Source: Macrostomum lignano (taxonomy: Eukaryota). Taken from it: a stretch of 64,000 nucleotides of DNA. Positions within the stretch are counted from its first letter, which is position 1, and each line of letters opens with the position of its first letter. The stretch spans positions 39,487 to 103,486 of the forward strand of contig NIVC01001260.1 in the NCBI GenBank assembly GCA_002269645.1, written 5' to 3'. The notes below the pieces were generated by a model, which was given only the letters and a program-made list of their open reading frames with translations, did no database searches and had not been told where the DNA came from. The position numbers and the translations under genes were made by a program. Shown one piece after another: positions 1-11,775 of the stretch.

Positions 1-340
1 TATGGGGTAGGTAACTGACTTCTATGGTAGATAACTGACTTCTATGGTAGATAACTGACTTCTATGGTAGATAACTGACTTCTATGGTAGATAACTGACT
101 TCTATGGGTAGCTAACTGACTTCTATGGTAGATAACTGGCTTTGATGGTAGACAACAGTCTTCTATGGTAGACAACTGACTTCTATGGGGTAGGTAACTG
201 ACTTCTATGGTAGACAACTGACTTCTATGGTAGATAACTGACTTCTATGGTAGATAACTGACTTCTATGGTAGATAACTGACTTCTATGGTAGATGACTG
301 ATTTATATGGTAGATAATTTACTTTATTGGCAGATAATGA
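1..340. repeat. 20-bp minisatellite (CTATGGTAGATAACTGACTT)n, truncated by window start
   Basis: Direct tandem copies visible, degenerating toward ~340. Confidence 0.95.
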
Positions 341-902
341 CTTCAATGTTAAACAATCATATGATAGATTTTAAAAAGAAGATGCTGGAATAACGTTTGC
401 AAAAATTTCTACAAGAGTTTGCACCCGGAATTCCCAAAGCCTAATACTATCTGCTCTAGCCCGCTGCACCCCAAGTGCATATTGTGCACCCGTGGGCAGT
501 GTAAACTCCAACAGGATTGTGCAGCCAACTGTACTTGCAGACAGCGGCTGCATTTTTGTTTCTGTCTAAAAATAGCGCTTACCAGTGCTGGCATGAGGTA
601 GTGCCTGCTAAAATTTGACAACCAACAAGCTATTCAATTTCTAAGTGTAGCTTTACTGTACTTTTTACTTACTAACCCAATACGTAAAGTTTTAATTTGC
701 AGAAATAAAAAATTGATATACTGTTCCTGGATAAAAATTTAGATAGAAAAGTTAACTGTCTGTACTAGTATTGAATAAACAAATAATCCGCGGTAAATTG
801 TTAAAATTAAAAACGAAGTTCTAAGCAATCATTTAAATCAATATTTTTCTAAACTGTTTAGTCATGAAACTCTAGTTGCTCATTATTTCGCCTCTTCATC
901 GC

Positions 903-2017
<1,115 letters not shown>

Positions 2018-2444
2018 CTGGTCGGTCATAAGAAAAATTTTATTTGAGAAAGAGCCAAACTCTGCTAATCTGTTTTGCTTCGCCCGCCGCCATTGCAACT
2101 GTACTCAACGGTTTGCCAGCTTTATCATGAGAATGCTAATGCCTTGTATTAATTTTGGCCATTGCATCAAATTCAAAATTGTATGATAAATGCCGACTCA
2201 ATTTTATAACTCAAATTATGCCTAGTGCCTTGTACTGCAACTGCATCAAGCTCCTTTCAATCGAAATTATTATAACTTTTTTGTCTGCCTACGTAGAAGT
2301 AGTGTATGATGCGATGAGCAATCTAGACTTGATCAGTGGCTTAATTTTTCTGGGCTGAGATTTTTCCAAATAAATTCTGAAACGAAATAGTCTACTTGTT
2401 TGAAGTAGTAAAGTAAGTAAAATATGGTCATACGCCAAAAAAGA

Positions 2445-3960
2445 GCCAGGTAGGCCATAGAAGAGACAGGTAGGCCATAGAAGAGACAGGTAGGCCATAG
2501 AAGAGCCAGGTAGGCCATAGAAGAGACAGGTAGGCCATAGAAGAGACAGGTAGGCCATAGAAGAGACAGGTAGGCCATAGAAGAGACAGGTAGGCCATAG
2601 AAGAGCCAGGTAGGCCATAGAAGAGACAGGTAGGCCATAGAAGAGCCAGGTAGGCCATAGAAGAGACAGGTAGGCCATAGAAGAGACAGGTAGGCCATAG
2701 AAGAGCCAGGTAGGCCATAGAAGAGACAGGTAGGCCATAGAAGAGCCAGGTAGGCCATAGAAGAGACAGGTAGGCCATAGAAGATACAGGTAGGCCATAG
2801 AAGAGACAGGTAGGCCATAGAAGAGACAGGTAGGCCATAGAAGAGACAGGTAGGCCATAGAAGAGACAGGTAGGCCATAGAAGAGACAGGTAGGCCATAG
2901 AAGAGACAGGTAGGCCATAGATGAGACAGGTAGGCCATAGAAGAGACAGGTAGGCCATAGAAGAGACAGGTAGGCCATAGAAGAGCCAGGTAGGCCATAG
3001 AAGACACAGGTAGGCCATAGAAGAGACAGGTAGGCCATAGAAGAGACAGTTGGCAATAGAAGAGACAGGTAGGCCATAGAAGAGACAGGTAGGCCATAGA
3101 AGAGACTGGTAGGCCATAAAAGAGACAGGTAGGCCATAGAAGAGACAGGTAGGCCATAGAAGAGACAGGTAGGCCATAGAAGAGACAGGTAGGCCATAGA
3201 AGAGCCAGGTAGGCCATAGAAGAGACAGGTAGCCCATAGAAGAGACAGGTAGGCCATAGAAGAGACAGGTAGCCCATAGAAGAGACAGTTGGCAATAGAA
3301 GAGCCAGGTAGGCCATAGAAGAGACAGGTAGGCCATAGAAGAGACTGGTAGGCCATAGAAGAGACAGGTAGGCCATAGAAGAGCCAGGTAGGCCATGGAA
3401 GAGCCAGTTGGGCAATAGAAGAGACAGGTAGCCCATAGAAGAGACAGGTAGGCCATAGAAGAGCCAGGTAGGCCATAGAAGAGCCAGTTGGGCAATAGAA
3501 GAGACAGGTAGCCCATAGAAGAGACAGGTAGGCCATAGAAGAGACAGTTGGGCAATAGAAGAGACAGGTAGCCCATAGAAGAGACAGGTAGGCCATAGAA
3601 GAGACAGGTAGGCCATAGAAGAGACAGGTAGGCCATAGAAGAGACAGGTAGGCCATAGAAGAGCCAGGTAGGCCATAGAAGACACAGGTAGGCCATAGAA
3701 GAGACAAGGTAGGCCATAGAAGAGACAGGTAGGCAATAGAAGAGCCAGGTAGGCCATAGAAGATACAGTTGGCAATAGAAGAGCCAGGTAGGCCATAGAA
3801 GAGACAGGTAGCCCATAGAAGAGACAGGTAGGCCATAGAAGAGACAGGTAGCCCATAGAAGAGACAGGTAGCCCATAGAAGAGACAGGTAGGCCATAGAA
3901 GAGCCAGGTAGGCCATGGAAGAGCCAGTTGGGCAATAGAAGAGACAGGTAGTCAGGTAGG
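2445..3960. repeat. 20-bp minisatellite (GTAGGCCATAGAAGAGACAG)n
   Basis: Roughly 75 tandem units with GAGCCAG/GACAG and TTGGCAATAG variants. Confidence 0.98.
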
Positions 3961-4425
3961 TTACAAAAGAGCCAGGTAAGTTATAGAAGAGCCAGATAGG
4001 CCAAAGAACAGTTAAACGACAGCAATGTCAAGGATCTACCATCTCCTATCTACGACAGCTTGCGCTTCTACCAATGCATAAAAACTTTCACATCAATCAT
4101 CACTTTGCAAGCCAAATAAGCTGAAGTAATGCTCCATTAGGTCTCGGAAATGCAATAAAAAAGTAAGACTTGGTAACACTAAGTCAACATATCTGATGGA
4201 CTAGCAGTGACGGCAGTGACTCGTTAATGTATTTTTCATCATTACTAATAGATCGCATCCATTCAGAAAAAAACAGATCCAGCAAAATCCAACTTTGCAA
4301 ATTGTAAATGTTTCGACAAATACGCTCGTAGAACGATAAATTTTCCTGCTGGAAACTCGCACAATGTCCATTTGTAGCTCCACGTTTATCGCTTCTGACT
4401 TACACTTAAAAATAACTTGTATATT

Positions 4426-5555
4426 CTAGGAAACGAGTAGTTCAAACTCCCTCATGGTGTAGTAATAGCCGAATGGCAAATACCAGTTAATACCAGAAGC
4501 AAAAGACGCTGTGCTCAGAGCCGAGGGCGGTGTGAAGTACAGGCCGTTTGGGTTGGTTTAGTGACAATTTGCGTACCACCAACCTCCTTTGTAGAGCATA
4601 CTGCAACTCTGTTGAGACCTAAGGTCGTTGTCTGAATCGTATTCGTTGCACCAGGCCATGCAGTCTCTCAGACTCGGGTGGCTGCCATGTAAACCGGAGA
4701 CACTCAAACGGAACTTGTCGGTCTCGCTGGCCACGGAGAAGCTGGAGTAGTCGGCCCAGAACTCCGTGCCATTCCACAGCCTCATTCGCATGCGAAGTGC
4801 TCGACCAGACGGCCAGGTCAGAGAGTGCACAGCTCGCAGACCTGCAGTTGTCAAGCACAGCTCAATGCTGAGCAGCTCACAGCCACAGGAGGCCAGCGCT
4901 ATCAAAAAGTGCATCAATACCGTCATGACCGCACTGCACTGCACTCACCGAGCCAGTGGTTCGTGTGGGCTCCCTCTCCGAAGCCGGCTGCGTACTCGGT
5001 CCAGTTGCGATAGAAGTCTGTCGAGTTGTCCGCCCGACGCTGGATGCTGATCCAGCAGTCGCTGAGTGACGTCACAAACACCTGCAGTGAGGCATTGAGA
5101 GCTGCGGTCAGGCAAGTGCTGTCAGTTACCTGGCTGTCAGGTGAGTCAGTGCACGCTTGCTACTCACCCTGATGCAGCACGGAGACTGGTGAGTGTGAGG
5201 CGTCAGTCTGCGACACACAGCGCCACTTCGGCTTGCTGGAATGCGAATGAGCTCAGCTGGGTGAGCAGCTTCATCAGGTTTAAGGCATCGAGCATGCAGC
5301 CAGGACTCACTCACCCACGATGCACTGGGGCTGCTGAGCACCGTCTCGAGGGATGAAGACCAGCAGCTGGTGAGCGAGCAGGTGCTTGGCAGCCTGTGCA
5401 GCGCACTGCAGCACATCGCTGGCTTGGTTGATGGAGGAGACGAAGAAGTGGCGGACTCGACCGCCCGACCAGCTGCTGCTGTGCACCTCATTTAGGATGA
5501 CAGCAGCAGAAGTTGTTGTCAAGGCAACTGTTAGGAATGCCAGCAGTTGATTCAT
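4426..5555 (-). pseudogene. FReD paralogue A (signal peptide, N-terminal domain, fibrinogen C domain); premature TAA at 4560-4558 and an in-frame 15-nt deletion removing the GMKFST region
   Basis: Exons ~5555-5315, 5235-5168, 5081-4949, 4841-4426. Motifs IQRRVDxSTDFYRNWTEYAAGFG and GGWWY. After the stop the frame continues TNPNGLY...REFELLVS*. Confidence 0.85.
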
Positions 5556-6384
5556 TGTTGGGAAGTTAAAATCGTGTAGCTGAATGGCGCGATTTTGTGC
5601 TGCAGCTGCAGTCTACGCTCGAAGTCCTTGGAGTTCTGCAGCTCTTCGGAGCTTGCTGGAATCCCGTTTTTATCAGAATTTGCTGCCATTCATCCATCCT
5701 TGTGATTGGTCTGCAGCTCTTGGCCCTCTTCTTGTCATCAGTGTTGCACACTGTCTATACTCTATAGAATCTCTCTGGCATTGTTCTTCACTGAGCGTCA
5801 GTCAATGTGTCTAAAAGTAGCTTTCTTTGTTTAAGTTAGAACCCCTAAATTTTCTACTCTAGCAAATTTGAAGTATACTTGCATAGCCGCTTGAGATGAG
5901 AACTGAGCTTTACATGTAGAGCTGTGCGGAGAGTTTGCTCAAAATTGTTGTTGGAAAATTGTTTTGTGTTAGGGGCAAGGGCGTTCACTGCTTAGTTTCT
6001 TACCCCATTTTTACGCTGCTCAAATCTGTCGTTTAATTCGTCTTTGTTTACCCCATCTTACAATATCGATCTAACAAAAATGCAAGGTTTTCTAAATCTT
6101 TTTTCTAACGCGGATGCACTCTTAATTTCTTTCCCGTTGTTAGGCATGTACACATGCCTACATTCTGAGCATCTAAGTAGTGCCGCAGTTTAGGATAGAC
6201 ATGGATAAAGCTGATTAATCCATGTAGAGATGCACTCATGTTTCACTTTAGTTTCATTATAGAGCAGAGTAGAGTGATGTGTCCTTCAAGAGCAAAAGCT
6301 CGGGTCGTATATTAGTATTAAATAAATTATGCATTCATTCTGGCGTCGAAGGCACTATACCCACATTTCTCAAAGGACTTCGCA

Positions 6385-7535
6385 ATGCATAAAGCACTGC
6401 TCCATCTCATTCTTCTGCACGCGATTAGTGTTTCAGGGCAGATTTCGCTGCCCGAAGTGCACAGCAGCAGCTGGTCGGGCGGTCGAGTCCGCCACTTCTT
6501 CGTCTCCTCCATCAACCAAGCCAGCGATGTGCTGCAGTGCGCTGCACAGGCTGCCAAGCACCTGCTCGCTCACCAGCTGCTGGTCTTCATCCCTCGAGAC
6601 GGTGCTCAGCAGCCCCAGTGCATCGTGGGTGAGTGAGTCCTGGCTGCATGCTCGATGCCTTAAACCTGATGAAGCTGCTCACCCAGCTGAGCTCATTCGC
6701 ATTCCAGCAAACCGAAGTGGCGCTGTGTGTCGCAGACTGACGCCTCACACTCACCAGTCTCCGTGCTGCATCAGGGTGAGTAGCAAGCGTGCACTGACTC
6801 ACCTGACAGCCAGGTAACTGACAGCACTTGCCTGACCGCAGCTCTCAATGCCTCACTGCAGGTGTTTGTGACGTCACTCAGCGACTGCTGGATCAGCATC
6901 CAGCGTCGGGTGGACAACTCGACAGACTTCTATCGCAACTGGACCGAGTACGCAGCCGGCTTCGGAGAGGGAGCTCACACGAACCACTGGCTCGGTGAGT
7001 GCAGTGCAGTGCGGTCATGACGGTATTGATGCACTTTTTGATAGCGCTGGCCTCCTGTGGCTGTGAGCTGCTCAGCATTGAGCTGTGCTTGACAACTGCA
7101 GGTCTGCGAGCTGTGCACTCTCTGACCTGGCCGTCTGGTCGAGCACTTCGCATGCGAATGAGGCTGTGGAATGGCACGGAGTTCTGGGCCGACTACTCCA
7201 GCTTCTCCGTGGCCAGCGAGACCGACAAGTTCCGTTTGAATGTCTCCGGTTTCCATGGCAGCCATCCCGCGATGTACGACAGCCTCGCTTCGCACAATGG
7301 AGCCATGTTCAGCACCTTAGATTCTGACAACGATGGTAGTTCAGGTCACTGCAGCACCTACTACAAAGGAGGCTGGTGGTTTTCAAGCTGCTACATGTGC
7401 AGTCCTAATGGTTTGTACTACAACCCACCTGAGGCGCTGGAAACCGCCATTAACAATGGAATCGTTTGGAAATTTCCATTCGGTGCTGGCTACTCGATGC
7501 AGGAGTTCGAGATTCTTGTGTCCGCTAAAGCCTAA
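6385..7535 (+). CDS. FReD paralogue B, secreted fibrinogen-related (ficolin/angiopoietin-like FBG domain) protein, apparently intact
   Basis: Exons 6385-6628, 6708-6775, 6862-6994, 7102-7535 with GT-AG and consistent phases. IQRRVDNSTDFYRNWTEYAAGFG, NHWLGL, FSTLDSDND, GGWWFSSC and PNGLY motifs; hydrophobic signal peptide. Confidence 0.9.
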
Positions 7536-8809
7536 AAGCCAGCTGCTGGGAACGTTATTGAAGGTTAAAACTAGACCTTTACGCCGAAATGATAAGTCTA
7601 CTTCTTGGCTTCGAATACTGACTGATTTAGGTAACTTTTAGTGACCATTGATAAGGCTGATCCTATCTAAGGCTCTGTTCGAGTTTTCGAACTGTGCAAT
7701 TCGTTTAAACAATGATTTTTTACAGAATACTACGAGCGTGGTTGTTAAGAAATGATTACAAATATGGATGGAAGATCTTGGACTTTGTTGCGGGAGCATT
7801 AAATTAAAAGCAACTTTAAAATACACTTGATTTAGACTGGAATAGCGCGGGACAGAGCTGATATATGCAGTACAGCACCAAGGACGCCAGCACCAAGATG
7901 TGGTACGGGTATAGCGAAGAAACTCGCAAGACATGAAACTTAGACTTTGGTGTCTCAGGGATCACGGAAGTGAAAAATCCCTGTTGGGCAAATAATAAAG
8001 GAAAAGCGCGAGATCTTCGATCTGCTTGCATAGAAGTTTTGATACTTTCGGAGAGGAATTGACGCTAATATTTGCGGATGATTTGTGTGGTATCTTGCTA
8101 ACCAAACAAAGCTTCCAGACTTGATGCAATGATCGCATTCTTTGCATGGATATTCTTCTACATGTACATGTAGGCTTCGTATACATACATCAACCAATTT
8201 AATTGGATGTTGCTTTGAATTTAATTAAAAATTGTATTTTCAAGTAAATTTAATTTGGAACTATAGCATCCAATACATCTAAGAGTACATGTACGTACGT
8301 GCAGTCTAATGTTGCGTTGATGGAAGATCATCATCCGGAAGTGTATTGGCAGTTTTCAGGGTGACGTGCAGTGGTGCTAATTATTGTTGATTGTTGCATG
8401 TAATTTCTTGCCAATTCATGAGTTACTACATGTAGGTACATACATATGTATTCGTACATGTATACTCATATATAACACTCGCTGCATGGTCTTAATCCCT
8501 ATCCACATATACATAGGACACAGCAGCCCCTAATTAGCTACTGTGCATCCAGCATGGATACTGTATATGATTGGGTCCTGCATGCATTGGCGCTGCTGCG
8601 ACGTGAGCGTGAAAAGTTGCCATCAACTTTGCAAAAAGTAAGTTTATCCCAACTTACTTTTTGTATCCTCGTATGCGCGTATGGACGTTCATCTGAATTG
8701 TGTCGAGCGGAAATGGATTCAAAAACTCATAAGTCAAGACTATATATATAGTAGCTGATCAAACGGCGTATACTAACGGCCTAACTGAAAGATACTAAAA
8801 ACACAAAAA

Positions 8810-9581
8810 TGTGTCAGCAAAAAGTGGTCACCTTTTTTCGCTGGATTTCAAGCATAGATGGACCGGTTTTGCCTCAGCTAATTATTGCTCCACTAGTAGG
8901 TTGATTAAAGTTATGCAAATCGATGCAGAATGTGAGCATACTGTCGACATCTTTGACAAATAGCTGCTTTTACATTGCACTGACGTATGACATCGTTATC
9001 CGCGGATGCAATATGTAAAAGCACATACTTTCATCGACGTCGATAGACGTTGGTAACGTAATGTAGCTGCCACCAAACAACGACTTCGTCTTCACTCTCT
9101 ACTCTGAACTCTAACAACCATGTCATGCAATTAAAAATGCGCTACAATACACAACCGTATTCAGGTGTTCTGAAGTGTATCGTTGAACACCATCGGACAA
9201 ACTGATGCAGACTTCTGAATTGGATTCAGAAAAAAGCATGCAAGCAGCAATCGGGGAATGGAAAGGAAAATTTATCTTTGGATTCATCATGATCCCATCC
9301 ACTGTTCCATCTGTTTTTGTTGATTGGTTTCTTTTCCTTTTTAGGGCATCCGTTATTACACATATTTTGCGTTCATTCCTCTTTCCAACGTCAGAAAAGT
9401 TTTTAGCGTATTTCACTTTCAATAACAGATATGCATGTACTGCATATTCCCTGCATCGATTTGAGACATAACAGGCGTATAGCTTTTAAGCAGCCTAGTG
9501 AAGGATGTTGAGGCGAAACCGGCATTCTATGTGTGGAATCGAGCGAAATAGGTGACCACTTTTTATTTTGAGTTGACACAC
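8810..9581. mobile_element. Degenerate MITE/non-autonomous DNA transposon with ~130-bp imperfect terminal inverted repeats
   Basis: Three motif pairs in mirror order: TGTGTCAGCAAAAAGTGGTCACCT (8810) vs AGGTGACCACTTTTT...TTGACACA (9551-9581); ACCGGTTTTGCCTCAGC vs GTTGAGGCGAAACCGG; GTTATGCAAATCGATGCAG vs CTGCATCGATTTGAGACATAAC. No clear TSD. Confidence 0.65.
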
Positions 9582-10135
9582 AGTGTTTTTAATAGATTTC
9601 TGTCACTCACGTAACCGGCTTTAAACTTTTAATTACGCAATTGGTAAAACAATATTTAAAGTCCTGTTGTAATACAATATTAAACTGAAGCCTATAGTAA
9701 AACAATTTTTGTACTGTTTAAAATTTAATTTTAAGTCCTGCAGCACAGCTTTTTTACGCGTAAACTCTTTTTCAGTTTTCCCCTTGGTTTGAAAATTGAT
9801 ATGTAATTTTATGCAATCTTTTATAATGCAATCCAACTCTATGCATCTTTTATCTTTATTTATCATTGTTTTATACAGTCTTTAAGCCTGACGTGGTGCC
9901 CTTCCTTTGATGTTTGTGATCGAAAGTAACATTTTTTTATAAATTGGTATTGCCCTTGCTTTTCCTTTTTGCTTTTCTAGCTAAGGAACCTGGCCTGGCC
10001 TGGGCTTGATGCATGCATGCTATGATTATAGGCCTATCCCTATACCAAATGCATTGGGATAATTAGGTTAGAGACACTTTGGACTTTACATGAATTTTCA
10101 TTTTTCCATAACAATGGGCACCTTCCTGACTATGG

Positions 10136-10593
10136 CCTAGGCATACCTTTAGTTCACAATCATTTACATGTATTTCTGCTATTTTAATGATCATCATAAA
10201 CTGAAGTAGATATATAGGCCTAGGATCCTTATTATTGCCATGCTATAGCCATAGCATGGGAAAAATTATACTATAGGTTGACTTTTCCATTTAGTTTTTC
10301 TAGTAAAATGAATAAGCCTAGGCCCCTAGTTTAACAATGTTTGCTTTTTTCGAGCAAGCCATGATCACTTAAATTGAAAATTACATGGGGATTGTGTTGT
10401 GAACCAAAATTAATGCATGTAAAATGATGGTATATAGAACAGAAGCCCAAAGGAAAGAATGAATGCCAAATTTTTTTCCATCTAGGGCTAGGCTATTATT
10501 TCCAGGATCCTAGGCCTATATATAGACTTCAGTTATGATCATTAAAATAGCAGAAATACATATAAATGATTATAAACTAAAGGTAGGCCTAGG
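10136..10593. repeat. Foldback: ~90-bp near-perfect inverted repeat arms (10136-10228 / 10505-10593) with weaker inner extension
   Basis: CCTAGGCATACCTTTAGTTCACAATCATTTACATGTATTTCTGCTATTTTAATGATCAT...GGCCTAGGATCC is mirrored by GGATCCTAGGCC...ATGATCATTAAAATAGCAGAAATACATATAAATGATTATAAACTAAAGGTAGGCCTAGG. Confidence 0.85.
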
Positions 10594-10875
10594 GGGTTAG
10601 TAGTGATTTTATATCCTAAATTATTTGATAAATAGGATCTTAAATAGCTATAGAATTATCTACTTTGCCTTTTGATTTACAAATAATCATTATTTAGGGC
10701 ATATGGCTATATGTATTTCTGATTTTTTGCCACTTAGATGATTATAAACCAAAGTAGATATATAGGGTCCTATTGAACAAACAGTTCTAAAATATAAAAT
10801 GATAAAAAAACCTAGGCCTACTTAACTTTGGTTTACAATGAATCATTTATATATATTATTTATACTATTTAAATA

Positions 10876-11775
10876 AAGGCAGTTGTTATTAGTAAGACCT
10901 TTTCATGTATACTGATTAATATTTTGTTGTATACTAGTAGACACTAGTGTAAATGTATAAGAAAAGCAGTGTATTCAATTTGGCATAATTTGGTATATAA
11001 GACAAACACTAGTATAACAACATAATAATCAAGGCCAATCTGAGGCCCTGGACGACAGGCTCAAGGCTCGGCTGTTTCAGGCAGTCATCGAGACTGTCCT
11101 GTTGTACAACGCCAAGACTTGGACCCTGACGGACGCCTTGGAGAGGCAGCTGGACGCTGCATATGCAGCAATGCTGCGTGCAGCTTTCGGAGTGCGCAGC
11201 AGCCCAGGCAGCGAGACCAATGCCACACTCTACACTAGGGCGCGCCTGACGCGGCCTTCTGACCTGCTGCGCGGGCGGCAACTTCAACTGGCTGGCCACG
11301 TCATCTGGTCGGAGGCCCGCTGTCCTGAGCCGCTACACGATATGCTGCTGCTCAAGCTGCAGGGACTGCACAGGCGAGGCCAAGGGCGAACAGTGCAATA
11401 CCCTGACCAACTTTTGAGTGACGCTGGTGCCCCGGACCAAGTAGGGGAATGCGACTTCCTGAGGGCAATGGCCCAGAGACGCGCTTTCTGACTGCTCCCC
11501 CCTTTCTGGCTACTGTGTGGCCGGCGGGAGCAGTACCTTGTTGTTGTTGTTGTATAATAATCAAGAAACGAGTAAGAAGTCTTTGAAGTCTAGGATCACC
11601 GTTGTAGTTTCTATAAAATAGATATTTTAGCATTATCAATTTAACCAGTCAAATAATAAAAAGCCTATTTGTCCGGTATTAACCAGATGAACGGGAAAGC
11701 ATGGCCATTATCCAGTAACCAGACAAATAACCACATCGCTATTTGTCCAGTCACCGGACAAATAACAACTGCCTT
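10876..11775. mobile_element. Possible small TIR element (perfect 15-bp inverted ends) hosting the RTE insertion
   Basis: AAGGCAGTTGTTATT at 10876-10890 and AATAACAACTGCCTT at 11761-11775; no TSD seen. Confidence 0.45.
11034..11553 (+). mobile_element. 5'-truncated RTE-clade non-LTR retrotransposon fragment with (TTG)n tail and 12-bp TSD
   Basis: Translates RLFQAVIETVLLYNAKTWTL...LQLAGHV...RRGQGR, typical of the RTE post-RT region. TSD ATAATAATCAAG at 11022-11033 and 11554-11565. Confidence 0.85.

Noticed and set aside
371-621. Short Cys-rich ORFs near the window start
   Set aside because: Three overlapping frames, none recognisable, with no supported splice link.
2289-3935. ~500-aa hydrophobic ORFs (SSMAYLSLLWPTCLFYGLP)n
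   Set aside because: All three minus frames are open because of a stop-free 20-bp unit; not a membrane protein.
6687-6707. Upstream in-frame acceptor for FReD exon 2 (CACCCAG)
   Set aside because: Mutated to CACCCTG in intact paralogue C, whereas the downstream CATTCCAG is kept in all four.
4558-7295. Alternative ORFs in FReD genes (MQCSAVMTV…, MRCTAAAG…, MPFHSLIR…)
   Set aside because: Intron read-through or antisense frames of the spliced FReD model; repeated only because the genes are duplicated.
7900-8200. Minus-strand open frames (…KQIEDLALFLYYLPNRDF…; CKECDHC)
   Set aside because: No family motif or consistent splice model; may be a decayed TE or exon but unsupported.
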